A stretch of DNA of 64,000 nucleotides from Octopus bimaculoides (Eukaryota), in NCBI RefSeq assembly GCF_001194135.2, contig NC_068988.1, positions 47,166,186 to 47,230,185 of the forward strand, read 5' to 3'. Positions 26,517 to 39,760 of the stretch are shown here, piece after piece. The notes under the pieces are model-generated. The model did not search any database and had not been told where the DNA came from. It was given only the letters and a program-made list of their open reading frames with translations. The position numbers and the translations under genes are program-made. Each line of letters begins with the position of its first letter. The stretch's first letter is position 1.

Positions 26517-26576
26517 GCTGCTGCTGCTACTACTGCTGCTGCTACTATTATTATTATTATCATTATTATTATTATA

Positions 26577-26640
<64 letters not shown>
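26453..26640 (+). repeat. Compound microsatellite (CTA)n-(CTG)n-(TTA)n
   Basis: Read directly from the sequence. Confidence 0.95.
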
Positions 26641-26641
<1 letters not shown>

Positions 26642-26925
26642 AATGATGAACTAGTAGAATCATTAGCATGCTGGACTAAATGCTTAGTGGCTTTTATCTG
26701 TGTTTATGTTCTGAGTTCAAATTATGATGAAGTCAACTTTGTTTGTCATCCTTTTGGGGTTGATGAAATAAGTACCAATCAAGTAATGGGATCAATGTAA
26801 TCAACTATCCTCTTCCTACCAAATTTCTGGCCTTCTGCCTTAGGAGAAAGTATCATTATCTCTTAAGCTTTTAGAGTGCAAATATCAAACTTGAACATCA
26901 GCCTGACCATTTCTCAGCCCATTAA

Positions 26926-29567
26926 CCCATTAATGCCCGAAATAATGATTAAAAAAATTGAATTATTTTGTTACATTCACATACGTTGTATCCTTTCATG
27001 TATTGTAGAAGTTCACAACAAAATTTTGTGAATATTATAGTAATAAAGTGGTCTTTAGACCCATATATTATATCATATGCTGGACATGCAGGGTTTAAAT
27101 TTTGAAATAAGGATGAAGTAAAAAAATATTTTAATCTCATTTATTTTTTTACAAAAAATTTCTAATGACAAGTAAATATAATATTTCTAAGAGGAATACC
27201 ATTTATTGATGAAAATGAAGAAAGCATGTGTCAGGACGTAGGCCTACATTGAATTTAATGCAAACAAATTTGGTGCATTTTCCACAAGCTGCGCATCGTC
27301 TTTGAGTTTCAATTTTGTTGACAGGGTCTCTGTTATCGAATCGTGCCACTTGCGGAACTTGCTTCTTTGTTTTAGGAAGTACCGCTCTTTCGTTTTCTAA
27401 ATCTGGTATAGCAATCAATGCAGTAACTATTTGCCTTGTAAATTCCAGTAGAGAAATATTCATCTGAATGCAGCGGAAAAGAATCCAGAAATTTACTATG
27501 CTTCCATTGAGGAAAAATCTAAACAGAGGCCAATATAATGTTCTTGATCGTATTCTAATTTGATAATGACCTCTCAATTTGTCAAATAGATCGACACCTC
27601 CCATTTGTTTGTTATACAGCTTCACAATATTTGTTTGAAGTACAAATACTCTATTTCTCTCAGATTTTTTTCCATCGTTTACAGCTGTCAATATCAGAAA
27701 CCTTCTCATCTTTCAAATTGGTTACAAGATTTGCTTGGTTATTATCATGCCATCTTAGCAGAGTAATTCCATTCTCCTTATCCTCAACTGCACAGCAAGT
27801 GGTTCGCGCTGCATTGCTTATATCCTGTAGCGGTGTTCTATCATTTCTAATAGTCCCAACACAAAAGAGACCATTGTTTGATAAGGCATCCATCAAAGGT
27901 AGAACATTGCAATAGTTGTCCGTATAAATGCATGATCCTACTGGTACAAATTTTAAACAATTTTTCGGTAACTGAAGAATCAAGTGTTTTAACTGTAATT
28001 TTGTCTCCTTCACCTGTGTAAGAAACCATCTATTCTGCAAGGCACCAAAACTTGAAGCCACACTATGATGCCCATAATAAGGCTCCGTTGTTTCATCAAG
28101 GGAAAAATGGTTAGCCATTGATTCTACAAAGTGGCAAAATTTATCATAAGTGATCTAAAAGTGGCCTAACCTTAACACAAGGATCGGGTTTACTGTTGTC
28201 ATTGAAATGCAGATATTGATGTATTTTCTCAAGCGTATTTCCAGACATTGCATGAGTAACTAAATGGTTGTTTGTATCGGATCTAGTCTCCCAATTCTTC
28301 TACAGTGTAGTTTATTGTAACCCGACAATAGAAGAATTCTAAAATGCTTGTAAAAATCCTCAACAGACAAAGTAAACTGCAAATCTCATTTTTACGCGGC
28401 TTATTTAACAGTTTCTCTGCAAATACGATTCATAATATCTTTAAAGAAGCATTCATTGAAGACGTCACTTGGCTCAAACTTGTCCCTAAATTTTGTTGCA
28501 ATCGAAGCTTCAGTTACACTGGATTCACAATCATACTCTGCAGAGGACAATTTCAATGGTCTATTATTCCATTTGCGAGAACTTTTCTTTTCGCGTGAAC
28601 AGTGCTTCTTAGCAGAGCTTGGTGTCACCTTGTCTACATCGAGAACCTCAACACCAGCTTTACTATAGGCTCTAATCTCACCTTTCTCTGCAAGAATACC
28701 TCTACCAATGTCTCGCAAATTTGCTGAAGATTCTTCGCAGTCACTTGAAGCATCATCTTTATCTGAATCGTCGTCATCATTTAATGGATGAATGAAGTAC
28801 CAGTTGAAGCTCATCAGCATTATCAAGTTCTTCAATAAAAAGTGCAGTATCATCACCAGATTCGATTGTATTTTGGATTTCTCCAGTGTCTCTTTCACCA
28901 TCAAATTTTCTCGTAGACATATTTAACGGTCTAGAAACAATAATTAGATATATATATTTCACTTGCACTTATGAAAACATTAGTTTGCTAGTAAACAGGC
29001 TATTTTTTAATGAAGAAAATAAATAATAGATATAGAAAATTTAAGATTCAAGATCAAAATATTTTAGCTTACAACTGTTTTAAAGTTTTTTTTTGGGGGG
29101 GGGGGGTTAGTGTTAACAGAATTAATGATTGTATGTCCCAACCTGGTAAACTTCATTTTGAATGAAATGTACATGCGAATACATAGCGTATGTTTTAACA
29201 TACGCACATATACAAACGTTAATAAATCGAAACTTTATTTATGTAGATTACCGAGACATGTTTGGTTTGCAAAAGTAATGTATACTTAATAAAAAAAATA
29301 CAAAAGCAAAATGAAATATTACAAAATATTTAAAGCATACAAATAAAAAAAGTTACCACGAGTAGCACGTCTTCCTCACTTCAAAATTTGACACTAGAAG
29401 ACATGAGTCTAGTACAATGTATAAATGATTAAAGTATGGCTTTGATGCCAAATATTACTAGATAAATTATTCTTTATCTTCAGAAAGATTTATGAAATTA
29501 TTTTATATGAATATTTCCGTCTGAAACAAAAAAGCGTATGATAACTCATAAGCTGGGCATTAATGGG
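26926..29567 (-). mobile_element. piggyBac transposon, 2642 bp, with both ends intact
   Basis: TTAA at 26922-26925 and 29568-29571; perfect 13-bp TIRs CCCATTAATGCCC (26926-26938) and GGGCATTAATGGG (29555-29567). Confidence 0.97.
27203..28920 (-). pseudogene. piggyBac transposase pseudogene (PGBD2/PGBD3-like)
   Basis: Acidic N-terminus; SLDE..PYYGHH, GFKFWCLA, YTDNY, VGTIRNDR, WHDN, YNKQMGGVDLFD; C-terminal RRCAACGKCTKFVC cysteine-rich domain; stops, frameshifts and small deletions. Confidence 0.92.
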
Positions 29568-32119
29568 TTAAATGCTTAAGTGATAAATTTCTCCTGGTTA
29601 GAATACTTATGTAGTTCAGGAAATGAAATATTCCCAGATCATCTTGTTCACAACAACTAAGTGAACTGAAGCAATTAATGATAAATTGATCCTTATGCTA
29701 CAACTATCAGGAACATATTAAACTATCTACAGTAAATTTGATCTTTGACTTTTGTATGGAACAAACAAGAAACTAATATGGAGTTGTAGTTATGCCATGG
29801 GTAATAATATATATTATTCAGAGATTAAGAAATTAATTACTTCTCATAGAAAATGCTTCTTCTTCATTCTTCTTTGGCAAATATAATTTTGGCTAGAAGA
29901 ACTGATGCTATAAGATACTGCCCAATGATCATTGGGCGTTTTGACCCTGAACAACAACAGCCACCCATTGGTCGGTCAGCAGGGATGGCCAAGTTATTGC
30001 CCATCTTCTCCTATGCTATTCTGCCCTAATTAGCAATATGTAGTCTTCAATATACGTGTTGAAATAGAGATGAATTAATTTAATTTTGAAATTAGATAAA
30101 TTCAGAGTACCACTGAAAAAAAACAATAAAATTAAGTTGTTAATAAAATTCATAATGCTTAGATCATTGAGAAAATTAATTACAAATAATTACCATGTTA
30201 GGCAAAAGGACATTAGACACAGCCTAAAGCTATTCTCTGGTTCTGAGACACTTAATTAGACATCGCCAGTAAAATATAACTTTTAGATTACTTAGTAGAG
30301 CAGTTAGTAAGTAAAATATACGAGATTGTATATTGGCAGCTGTGGGAAAGCAGAATTCTTCAGAGAATAAATAATTCACAAGCACAAATAGTTTTGGTCA
30401 CTTTACCATTACAAAAAGTTACTGTAATATTGGAATAACATATCAAAAGGTCAGTAATTTGTATTCCATCTCTGGTATTGCATTGTGTCAGCTCCCAATT
30501 GCTTAGTCAAACAAGCTGTAGGTAGGTTCACAGGGTGACATATGATAGTTCATTGTTGTAAGCAGCCACACAGTAAAATTGATAAGTATTTCACATGGAT
30601 TTCAAGTGTGGACGAAAAAGTCTTTGATAGACTAGCATCTCATCCAGTATAAAGTTTATATCTCATGTACTGAACTCAGTAAAGTACCAATCAGATACTG
30701 AAGACAATTTCATTTCTCACTTTTTTCTGAATTGCTTACATAAACAGGTCAAGAAAAGAGTATTTTTATCATGGCTCCACAAATCCATTCACTATGATTA
30801 TGCAAACTTGACCAGAAAGGCAGAAACCAGAGATAACCTTCAGTATTAAGGATTCTAGTTTAAAAGAATGATTAGTAAATAAGTATATCTTTATCACCTT
30901 AAGCAAGAACCTTCACTTTGCTCCTGAATATTTAATACTGCAGAGATGCTTGCAGATTATTCTTTTATTTACATTTTTTATTAAAGACTTTTCTTTCTCC
31001 TTAGGCAAGCTACTTCGTTCTTCTTATTTGCTAAGCAACAGACTTGGAATCTTTGGCTATCCTAATTCTGTTATGTTCATAAACAACCATTACTCGATTT
31101 ATCATAGAACAGTGCTTGACGTTAAATGAATTTAACTCACTTATATCATTCTGCTCTCCTCAATAGCTGTTGGGTGATGACAACAGTTAAGTTACTTGCT
31201 TCATTGGATTGATTCCAGGGCACATCTGCATGACACTTCACTCTGATTCTGTCAGTAGATGTACGTTTTCAATGTAAGATTTATCATCCTTTATTGGTTC
31301 TCTGATAGATTTATGAACATATTCAGAAATTTGTGTGTTTAGGTAATGCACTATCTTCAACACATCTCATAAGCTATTCATTTAGGAAGGTAGATTTATG
31401 ACTTAAAGGTTTGTGCGCTTATATTCTTCTAGGGAGATTGCTTTATTATTTTTTTAAGTGTGAACGAAACATTTTATATAATGGAAAAGAAGAAGAAAAC
31501 TCTAGTCCAAACTCCTCCCTGCACAGGAACATATTCTATTTTATGCATTTTACAATATATTTACCTCAGTATATAGCAAGCCAGAATATTAGAATTCATC
31601 AAAAAATGACTAGAAAGCATGCTGTGAATGGGTGACAGCTTTTACAGTTTTGGAAATATATGAGATTCAGATGAGAAAAAAATCAATACTTCTCTCACAA
31701 ATTGCTGATAACCTGTGGGTATTTTGGGTTCAGCTTTCTTATGGATGTCTCCCTGTATATAAATGTAATGAATGAAATCTAAGATTCCTGAGGAAGAGAA
31801 AATTAACATATCCCATTCGTGCAGCGTGTAAGAGCATGAACTAATTCTTTATTTTATTGATATTATTTTCAGTTTGTGTCATAATTTAAGAACAACAGCG
31901 TCGTTCATTGGTTACGGGTTCTAACAGCCTAATCATTGGTTTCCTGCATTTTGGATGGTGAGAGTGACAAGGGGGTATTTCTGTTTTAGTAAACTATTTT
32001 TGAAGAGTACTATAGCTTATTACTACTGATGATTATATCTTTGTTGATATATAGCTTACAAACGGGTGGACATACAGTTAGAAATGTGCGCACGCGCAAA
32101 ACACACACACAGACACACA

Positions 32120-32287
32120 AGCACACATATATAAATGTGTGGTGTGGTTAAGAAATTTGCTTCACAAGTATGTAGTGTCAGGATCAGTTTTGCAGCTAGA
32201 AACCTTAGGCAAGTGTTTTCTACAATTGCCCTCTCCATGATGAGCGATGCTTTGTAAGTGACCTTGGACGTCAGAAACTGTATTAAG
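32120..32287 (+). mobile_element. Degraded CORE-like SINE, host of the next insertion
   Basis: GTGTGGTTAAGAAATTTGCTTC...ACCTTAGGCAAGTGTTTTCTAC...AGAAACTG matches the 18174 family. Confidence 0.6.
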
Positions 32288-32517
32288 GCCGCGAGCTGGC
32301 AGAAACGTTAGTACGCCGGGTGAAATGCTTAACGATATTTCGTCTGCTGTTACGTTCTGAGTTCAAATTCGGCCGAGGTCGACTTTGCCTTTCATCCTTT
32401 CGGGGTCGATTAAATAAGTACCAGTTACGCACTGGGGTCGATATAATCAATTTAATCCGTTTGTCTGTCCTTGTTTGTCCTCTCTGTGTGTAGCCCCTTG
32501 TAGGCAGTAAAGAAATA
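32288..32517 (+). mobile_element. Full-length tail-2 SINE with 15-bp TSD
   Basis: TSD AGAAACTGTATTAAG at 32273-32287 and 32518-32532. Confidence 0.92.
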
Positions 32518-32549
32518 AGAAACTGTATTAAGTTTATTGGAAATAATTG

Positions 32550-32610
<61 letters not shown>

Positions 32611-33607
32611 GTCATCATCAGTATCATCTTCATCGTCATCAACTCCATCCTCATCATCCTCATTATCATCGTCATCGTCGACATCTTCGTCATCATTGCT
32701 TTAACATCTAATTTTCTATGTCTGCATGAGTCAGATAAGAGCATGGGGAGGTAGAGTTCCCTATGGTCAATTGCCCTTGTTAGTGCCAAGCTTCATCTCT
32801 TTCCAAGCGAGCTAGTAATACCTATTTAATCGAAGAACAAAGAACATGATTTTGCTGTGGATTGCAAACAAATGACATCAAGCTTGAAAAAGTGTGGTAC
32901 TTTGCTTATATGAGATTATATATGAAAATGAGAATTATTTCATATTTACATAACTATCTAGATATATACACGTGTTTGTGCGCGCGCGCGTGTGTGCGTG
33001 CGTTTATACATATACATAGACATATACGCATGCATGCATACAAATGTACGTACATACAATCATATAATCAGTCAGTTGCTCATACATCTGAAAAAGTCCA
33101 CTCTGAAGATTTGTGGGAGGGGTAGTTATGCTTTATGTAGTCATTCGTTATGGCCAATCAGAATGTTACCATTGGTTTCATGTCTATTATTGCTCTTAAC
33201 AATATCGGTAACTCATAGACCTGCTGCCCACGGGCAGATAACTTCTTTATTAATAGTGCTAAGTATACTCCCAGTTAGCAAGATTTGATAAAAAAAACCT
33301 TGAATTGAAATTCTTCAAAACAGAAACCCCTTCTTGGCGAGATGGAGTTGGCTCCCTTCAAACAGTTCTAGTTGTGTCCGAAAAGAGTTAGTTTATGTAG
33401 TTTCCATTGACAAGTCAGCAAGCGGCAGAAATTCATGTCTCCAACACAAATTTTCTCTCATAAGGGCATCGAATAAACACTTCACTTTTTGAATTTAGGA
33501 AAGCCATTCGATCGAACGAATTTTTAAAAGATCCCTGCTCTCTCAATTCTTATCTGAGTCATGCTACTATAGTATAAATGTACAATAAATAAATGAGAAA
33601 ACTGTCT

Positions 33608-33683
<76 letters not shown>

Positions 33684-33719
33684 CCATCATCATCTTCGTC
33701 ATCGTCATTCATACTTCTA

Positions 33720-34360
33720 TTTTTACGTGCTGACATGGGTTGGACAGTTCAACAGAAGCTGATTACCCAGGGGACTGAGCCAGGCTCCGGTAGCTGCTTT
33801 GGTATGATTTCTACAGTTGGATGCCCTTTCTTATGCTAACCAATTTACAGAATATACTGGATCGCTTTTATGAGGGAACAGCATCAACAAGGCCCCCAAG
33901 TAAATTTCAAGGCAAAGAATCCTCAACTGAGGTGGGAGGAATCCTATTGAGGAAGGCTGCTTTGTACTAGGTGATGAGAAGATAAAGTATGACAGACCGA
34001 AAATTGTGTCTTGCAGTAGACGAGCGAGATACATAACTACTCAGTTGGAAAACAGGAGAGATGAACCAAAAGAAAAGAACTGAAAGAAGCCAGTGACATC
34101 AGTTTGGATAACAAAGGGCAAGGGTGCGGCAGTAGTAGACCAAGAAAATTATAGAAAGCCATACAACATCATCATCATCATCATCATCGTCATCGTTGTC
34201 GTCGTTGTCAGCAACATTTAACGTCCGTTTTCCATGCTGACATGGGTTGGATGGCTTGAGAAGAACTGGCAAGGCCAAGGGCCGCATCAGATTCCATAGT
34301 CTGTTTTGGATTCGTTTCTATGACTTGGATGACCTTCCTAACGCCAATCGCTCTACAGAG
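33720..34360 (-). mobile_element. Two decayed copies of a (CAT)n-associated interspersed repeat
   Basis: Both copies share CATGCTGACATGGGTTGGA...GGATG(C/A)CCTT(T/C)CT.A.GC.AA next to (CAT)n tracts; family not assigned. Confidence 0.55.
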
Positions 34361-34363
34361 TGT

Positions 34364-34688
34364 TTTATTTATTTATTTTTATTTATGCGCCTTTTTTGAA
34401 GCCTAGCCAGGCTCATGGGTCCGGTTTCCCGGTTTCTATGGCGTATGTGTTCCCCCCACCCAGATGGACGGGACGCTAGTCCATCGCAGCTTTACTCAAG
34501 AAACAGGAAGAAAGAGTGAAAGAAAGTTGGGGCGAAAGAGTACAACAGGGGTCGCCACCACCCCCTGCCGGAGCCTTGTGGAGCTTTAGGTGTTTTCGCT
34601 CAATAAACACACACAACGCCCGGTCTGGAAATCGAAACCGCGATCCTTCGACCGCGAGTCCGCTGCCCTAACCACTGCCCTAACCACT
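34364..34688 (-). mobile_element. SINE, head A + tail Y
   Basis: Head as at 21833; tail GCTGCGATGGACTAGCGTCCCGTCCA...GAAACCGG...GGCGCAT(AAAT)n; 12-bp tandem duplication GCCCTAACCACT at the 5' end. Confidence 0.88.
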
Positions 34689-36380
34689 TCTTACCACATA
34701 GTCACTTCTACGCCTGGAGATTGTTATTATCCATTTCAGTACAAAGCAAACACTGATTAAACATGGTCTAAACTGAATTTACCAAATATAACTTTATCCT
34801 TATTACCAGCAATGAACCAATAACGGTGGTCAGTTAACCTGCTAGAAACAGTAGCCAAATAGCCCTTAAATCATATGCTACTATCTTAATTAAGAAAAGG
34901 ATACATTACATAATAGTTTCAAATGTTGGTACAAGGTCAGCAAGTTATCAAGTGCTGAGATGGTACTTATTTTATCGACCTCGAAATGTTGAAAGGCAAA
35001 GTCGTCCTCGGCGGAGTTTGAACTACCACCGAGCATTTTTCCCAGTGTGCTAACGATTCATTAGGATACATTACATAACGTAATCTTATGTACCCTTTAA
35101 AACCAGGTTAGTCACTGCCAGAAGATATTCAGTCATAGAACTGTTTAATCAGTTCTGACCTTGGGCTAAAAATCTAATGTCGAACAATTCCATAATACAG
35201 TCAAAAGGCACTAACATGGATGAATTATTACCTGTCAGAGTATAGAGCATCATTAGCTCCATTGGTGGATGTTGCTACTGTGCATCTGGTCACAGCTAGT
35301 TGTTAAAACAGCAACTTACATGGCTGGCCAGGGGCAAAATTACCGCAATAAATGGATAGTAAAGCTGCCAACATTGATCTGTTGGCGTTGTCTTTAAGAT
35401 GGATACAATTACCTTCCAACTGTTGGAAAAGAATTTAACATTTGAAAGTTATTTAATCTCATCTTTTCTTTGTCTGACACAGATATATCTTTGCTTAATA
35501 AGCTTAACCATTGAACCAACACCACCAGCAGCCATGCTTACACCAGCAGCCATGCTTACACCAGCAGCACAAGCAACATCAACACCACCATCACCACAAG
35601 CATCACCACAGTTATCATCGATACCATGAATACTACATTCTAATCATCACAACCACTACAGTCATGATGACAACTCTCAACTACTACTATTACAACAACA
35701 ACAACAACAACAACAATTGGTTAGACAGTGGTTTGTCTACGGAAGTGAGGTTAACTCTTTAGTTAAATTCTGAAGTGATTTCCATGTATAACGTATTCAG
35801 GAAGTGAACTCATATTCAAAGACACCTCATACTCTTTCCTTGACACACTGCTAATTTACAATGATATATGGCAGCTTATATTTGCCGGAATTTCTTCTAA
35901 GGAAGCTGTCAGCTATAATATAAGCGATTGCGTTGCTGTAAATGTCCAAAGTTTTGGTGTTAGACTTTGCAAAATTCCTTCTTAATTATTTACCATATGT
36001 AATATAGTATTCTAAAACTTGTGTAATATCTGCTTCACAATTTTGAGGCAGAAAAACCGGAAGATAATTATCAGAAGACACCTAACTGAGAGCAATCTAT
36101 TCATCTTTAACTAGCGGTGTGGAAGGCCATTGTTGTTTACTGTAGTGTTCAATTAGCACCAACAAAGCTTAAACTCTCTTAAGATTGAACTGCTACAACT
36201 ATATCAGCCAGCACCTCGTTATAATGTAATAACATTGATATACAAAGAAGATCAGTAACATGATATCGCATAGGCTAGTTTTCTAGATAAAATTGCCAAA
36301 GTAACACATGGAAATGTATTTCCACATTTATGAATGCAGGATAAATCCCTTGAGACCTTCCAGGAAGAACTGACTGTTTG

Positions 36381-36393
36381 TGACCTTTGACCT
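36381..36393 (-). promoter_or_regulatory. Perfect DR1 nuclear-receptor element
   Basis: TGACCTTTGACCT is the reverse complement of AGGTCA-A-AGGTCA; motif match only. Confidence 0.3.
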
Positions 36394-38410
36394 CTTCGAT
36401 CTTACTGTCGTGTAAACTCCCCAAAGCCAAGTAAGAAACCTTGATCTTACTATGTACATGTTTATTAATTCAATCGAACAAGTGTCCTTGGAATATTTCA
36501 TATGAAATAATATTGTACTGATATCGAAGATAAATTACCAGGCTGCTTTGACTGTGTAAGAATGTTTCAGGGAGACAGAGAGACACAGCAAGTGTATGTG
36601 TGTGTATGAGACAACTAATGCGAGAGTGAGTGATGGAAGGGCTGTGTGTCAGAGAAAGACAGTTTGTGTACATGTATGCATGTACATGTATGCATGTAGA
36701 CAGGTAGGTAGGTAGGTAGGTAAGTACGCCGGCAGGCAAGTATATATGTATTTATGTGTATGTTTATGCATATAGGCAAGAATATGTATTTTCCTCTGCT
36801 ATTCCGTTTCCTGCATAATTCATGAGGATGATAAACAAGAATTTTTTTCTGAGGTCTGTAGGTTCAATTTTTTTTTTTTTTGTAACACATCTCTAGTTAC
36901 ATGTCTCCGCATACGCGGTTCAAGTTTAACCAAATTTAACTTCATCATCCTTCCAGGGATCATGTTTCAATTAAGTATAAATGCTGATTTGACTCTGATC
37001 TTTATTTCAGTCAGGTTCATATTTATCTAGTATTAATGTCTATTTATGAAATGGTCAATGCATGCAGTCTCCTCTCCCTGTTTTTTCTATCAGTCTTATA
37101 ATGACCTCTGTTCCTCAGAGCAGGTTAGTCTCATACCTCCTCTACAAAGGTATCACTGAACCACTTTATCTTTCACGCTTGACACTCTTGTTGCATCCAC
37201 CAAACTGAAAACTAACCACTATGCTTACTTCTTCTTTCTGACAACATCAACTCTCTGGAATTTTTTTTTTTACATCATTTCATTTCTGCAGTGGTTGAAC
37301 AGTAACAGCTTAAATTGAATATTAACAACATCGATTTTACATCGATCTCACTGGTCTCGGACAACTTGAAAAAGGCATAAGCTCAACAAGTAATAATCAA
37401 TCAAAGAAAGTAACTCCACGCACTAGTTTCATCAGTTGACATGAAGATAGACATACAAATCCATGTGTGTTTATATATGTATTTCGTTTGTACGTGTGTG
37501 TGTGCCATGCGCGTTATGTGAATGTGTGTGTGCATGTGTGCGCGCATACATACATCCTAAATTCAACATTTAACTTTCGAAATCAAACCAGGTGTTCACG
37601 CGAGGATAATGCTTCTTAAAGGCTGTTGACTCTAAAGCCACCTCTACACTATTCAAAGGCATCACAGACACTACACAGACACGACAGGCAATACATTTTG
37701 AGAGATGAGACATGCAGCACATGCACCCCTTAGAATGAAAAAGTAGGAAAACTCCGTCTCTGTGTCCCGCTTCATCTGAAAACTTCAGAATCAAGAAAAC
37801 GAATTCCCCAACATTATGGAGCATACTTGATAAAAACCTACTTTACACACCTAGATCGCACAATTACCAACACCGCTTCGCCTTACCCATGAGAAACTGC
37901 AGACTTAACCAGCTTAGAGTATCCACCAATAGCAAAGTGGTCTATCTTACTGCTGCCACCATATGTACACTCTATTATCGAATATCATGTTACTGACTAC
38001 TGATAACCCGGATGGATATACCATCCTAGGCCTAAATGATCCGTATACAATTGAACAGTATATAATTCCCGCTATTCGTCTTTTATCAGCCATGTCGATC
38101 ATAGAAGCTCATATGTAACCCGACAACCAGCAAATCGCTTGTCTTTCCACGTGATAATTGTTCTCTGTGATACGGCACACCTTACAAAATGCTGACTAAC
38201 TGGTGCCAGGATCTCGTCCATTCTACCACATGCAGTATTCAATGTAAAGAGCTGGTGTTACTAAAACATCACATACTGTTGAATGCAGTTGAAGTGACAT
38301 CAAAATTATCTGATCCACCTCATGGGACTAACAATAAAATGATGGCTATCGCAGTGTTAGGAAAAACTTGATTTGCACTGATCAATGAAGTCCTAAATTC
38401 TTTTATCCAG

Positions 38411-38573
38411 AAACCATTTTAAATTTGTTACAAATCCTGATCAGTCTCTCCTTCTCTGCTCCCACTCTCTGTTTCTCCGAACATTCGGCGATATTGACGT
38501 ATTGTACACTCAAGAAGCTCTAAGTAATGTGGAAATGAGCCAAGCTATTATGATATATACATATATTGCCAAG
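38411..38573 (+). CDS. Candidate exon, product unknown
   Basis: Acceptor ttcttttatccag, donor AAG|gtaatt, 54 open codons (NHFKFVTNPDQ...YTYIAK); no homology recognised. Confidence 0.2.
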
Positions 38574-39325
38574 GTAATTTTATGTTTGATCACGCACAGT
38601 GTTATCAAACATAGAACTACGTTATAGCTTCACCCACGTTCTGTGTAATGACCGAGAATTGCTTACTTGCAGAATTATATCATACAATTTTGTTCAGTCT
38701 AGTTTAGATCCAGCTTTCAACCAATGGCTTTACAAAGATTGGATCATCCATACTTTAATAATGCTTTGCATATAGTTTTCCTCTGTCAGGTGATTATAAC
38801 GAAAGAGAAGGTGTTGTTGATAAGGCTTAAAAATTTTAAGACAGACGGATTATTTTTAGACTAAGCCTTCATCTGATTGTTCATATTGCACTTAAAAGCT
38901 AAGTAAACTTGAAGAGTGAAGTGCACCACGAATATGTCAAATGGTGGGAGATTGTGTTAAAAATAGCTACAGTGAATGGAACTTCTCTGATTATACGCCT
39001 GTATATCGGCGGACAGAATTTAAGAGAATGATGTGTGCCCTTAGAAATCAGTGTGATCTTAAATCTATGCGACTTCTTGTTTGGCCCTAATTTGGAGGAT
39101 TCTTAGTATCATGAGAACTATATCATCTATGTATTCATATATTTTGTATCTTGCGTACATATTTCATCTCATTTCTTCCTTTTTTAAGCCCCCAGCTGAT
39201 TTTATATCAAAATACAAATATTGTAACATGACTTTGAAATGGTCGGTTCATTTAACAAACTTGTACCAAATAAACTATTGTTGCTATAAAGGGCTTTAGA
39301 TTATCAGGGATATTAATATTATTGA

Positions 39326-39505
39326 TTTCAAATTTTGGCACCAAGACCAGCAATTTCGGGAGAGGTGATATGTCAATTACATTGACCTCAGTGTTCAACT
39401 GGTACTTACTTTATCGACCGTAAAAGGATGAAAAGCGGAATTTGAACTCATAACATAAAGACGGACAAAATACCGATGTGATAACGATTCTGCTAGCTCG
39501 CCGCT
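39326..39505 (-). mobile_element. Main-family SINE with an internal deletion
   Basis: Central block and head present; divergent from the copy at 39549. Confidence 0.75.
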
Positions 39506-39548
39506 TTATTAATATCATTGGTACTAAATTATATTATACCTGCAAACT

Positions 39549-39760
39549 GGCGAGCTGGCAGAAACGTTAGCGCGCCGGGCGAAATACTTAGCGGTATTTT
39601 GTCTGTCTTTACGTTCTGAATCTAAATTCCGACGAGGTCGATTTTACCTTTCATCCTTTCGGGGTCAGTAAATTACGTATCAGTTGCGTACTGGGTTCGA
39701 TCTAATCGACTGGCCCCTCCCACCAAATTTCGGGCCTTCTGCCTAGAGTAGAAAAGATTA
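39549..39760 (+). mobile_element. Full-length main-family SINE, tail-1
   Basis: GGCGAGCTGGCAGAAACGTTAG...GCCTAGAGTAGAAAAGATTAT. Confidence 0.88.

Noticed and set aside
31873-31957. Segment with strong splice signals; a similar one lies at 5440-5532 on the minus strand
   Set aside because: Stops occur in all three frames, so it is not coding; a non-coding exon cannot be supported without RNA data.
37570-38170. GC-richer block with short ORFs
   Set aside because: Probably an old repeat, but I recognised no motif and left it unassigned.
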